DNA of 64,000 nucleotides. Source: Eledone cirrhosa (Eukaryota). The DNA lies in contig OZ024752.1 of assembly GCA_964016885.1 (NCBI GenBank), positions 45,012,001 to 45,076,000 on the forward strand, given 5' to 3'. Positions within the stretch are counted from its first letter, which is position 1, and each line of letters begins with the position of its first letter. The position numbers and the translations under genes are program-made. Positions 63,961 through 64,000 of the stretch are shown here, one piece after another. The notes beneath the pieces were generated by a model. The model was not told where the DNA came from, did not search any database, and saw only the letters and a program-made list of their open reading frames with translations.

Positions 63961-64000
63961 CTAAAAATTATCGATTAGTTCAAAGAATGTATAAAATAGA

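Overview
AT-rich eukaryotic DNA with a very high microsatellite content. The SINE families and (TA)/(CA)/(TATG) load suggest a cephalopod (octopus-like) intergenic or intronic region, but this is an inference. No intact protein-coding gene is visible, and nearly all long ORFs are artefacts of stop-free simple repeats. The window holds large micro- and minisatellites (a 6.6 kb 15-mer array, 29-mer, 47/45-mer, and an 86-bp SINE-head array), many tRNA-derived SINEs, non-LTR retroelement remnants (a CCHC ORF1 fragment, C2H2-bearing 3' ends, a possible GIY-YIG relic), several MITEs and a few candidate small exons. The strongest signal is a set of at least 10 short islands, from several unrelated sequence families, that sit next to (TA)n or (CA)n and fold by eye into type I hammerhead ribozymes (CUGANGA / stem II / GAAA / stem III / NUH / stem I). 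Many lie in perfect or near-perfect palindromes whose fold-back axis is at or inside the ribozyme, which is consistent with Penelope-like (PLE) inverted pseudo-LTR remnants or derived non-autonomous ribozyme elements. All folding and alignment was done by eye; no searches were run.
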